This document shows, piece after piece, positions 62,715-64,000 of a stretch of DNA of 64,000 nt (its first letter is position 1; every line of letters starts with the position of its first letter). The notes beneath the pieces were generated by a model that was not told the DNA's origin, did no database searches, and was given only the letters and a program-made list of their open reading frames with translations. The DNA comes from Tubiluchus corallicola (Eukaryota; Animalia; Priapulida). Both the position numbers and the translations under genes were made by a program. The DNA is taken from assembly GCA_030141605.1 (NCBI GenBank), contig JAQGDQ010000014.1, positions 1,302,001 to 1,366,000 on the forward strand. The letters run 5' to 3'.

Positions 62715-64000
62715 CTTGTCATAATATTGTCTCTAGGTCACAGTGCCTTAATAAATTTCACAATAATGATAAATAATCACAAATAAAAAGTTAAATAAAT
62801 AAAATTTCTAATCTGGCATGCGAGTGGTATTATACTTTCCATTATATAGTGTCCTTTACCTTCTTAGCTGCCGTATTGCTGATTGATGGCAATGATAAAT
62901 CTTATGATTGTCTCTTGACGTTCACGTATCGATCAGGCTTTCAATTCATTAGTTCCTGGCACCTGCCACTTGGAATTGTGAGTAATCTAGCGTTGAAAAT
63001 AGGGTCTAAATTATCCAATTGGCGAAAATGCTATGACTGCAGCTGAGGCAGATTATGTCGTCGAACGTTACAAAACCACGAAGTTTGCACAGCAAAAAAT
63101 ACAATTTTAACTATTTTAGGACAAGTTTTGGTATATGCAGGTAGGTGGTTTGTGTTAAGTTCAAACACCCTTTTGTCTTGCAGTCATAGCGAACGCACAA
63201 AGTGTCCGGAAATCTGCTAAATTTCAACAGCAGCTACCTTACTGGCAAACCAAAGATGCAAAGATGCAAAAATACTCAATGCATTGTTGGAACAAGTGTT
63301 CCATAATAATAATATTTATAACATGTACCAGCATAATACTATTTTTGGAATAATGACTCCTCTGCTTGGTTACCCAGACTAGACTAACTTCACTTGAATA
63401 ACGAAATCTACCGTTCCCATTTAAAAAGGCCCCTGGTGAAACGTGGAGTGCTAAACCAGACCACTCGTCAAAGACGTAAACCTGACCCGCAACCAATGTG
63501 ACTCAAGTGTCAAGCTCAACTCCAAAACGCATATTTTATTTCTAAAATCACAATGTTTCGGCTGTTTCTCCTGCCATTTTCAAGAGCCTGAAAATTTTAA
63601 AAGGACTATCAGCTACATTAACCAAAAATATTTTAATGTGTAAAATAAATTATTACTTCGTTGAATGCTGATTATAAGAAAAAATAACTAGTGGACGTTT
63701 TTGACTGTATCAAAAACTGTGGCAAGAATCTGCTTCTGTGACAGGAGATGCTTTATGTGAGAGCTTTTGTTTTCAAAATAAAAAATGTTTTTCAAAATAG
63801 TTAATATCGTATAAATGTATGCAAGTACTGTTGTGATTGACATTAAAGGCTTCAGTGAATTTTAAACTTGTGGCTTTTACACCAGTGATCCGCAACTCAA
63901 GGCAGTCTGAACTTGAAACTTTTTCACCAGTGGTCCGTAACTGAAGGCTGTGAAGGGCATAATATTACTCCCGTCGAATTCGCCATGTTCGAAAACTTTG

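Overview
AT-rich, intron-rich animal (invertebrate-like) genomic DNA, not prokaryotic; most ORFs in the supplied track are spurious. Two protein-coding genes, both on the minus strand, can be rebuilt exon by exon from GT-AG sites and recalled family motifs. (1) The first three coding exons (3614->909) of an aromatic amino acid hydroxylase, most likely phenylalanine hydroxylase (ACT domain); the gene runs off the left edge. (2) Twelve coding exons (55871->18715) of a CELF1/2-type (Bruno/CUGBP) RNA-binding protein, covering the end of RRM1, RRM2, the divergent linker and RRM3, followed by a spliced, roughly 3.3-kb 3' UTR; the upstream RRM1 exons were not found and probably lie beyond the right edge. 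Introns and intergenic DNA hold hAT-, PIF/Harbinger- and Kolobok-like non-autonomous elements, L2/CR1-type LINE fragments, an internally deleted BEL/Pao LTR element with a tRNA-Phe PBS, tandem duplications and microsatellites. Main hypothesis: a layered autoregulatory RNA-processing system on the CELF gene. It comprises two alternative 3' UTR donors either side of the NMD 50-55 nt boundary, a poly(A) signal built into the stop codons, several candidate poison exons, an alternative first exon lacking RRM1 and UG-rich sites. Second: an intronic palindrome with two minimal hammerhead ribozyme motifs, where the copy read in the pre-mRNA has the inactivating G5A change. All calls were made by eye with no database search or expression data.
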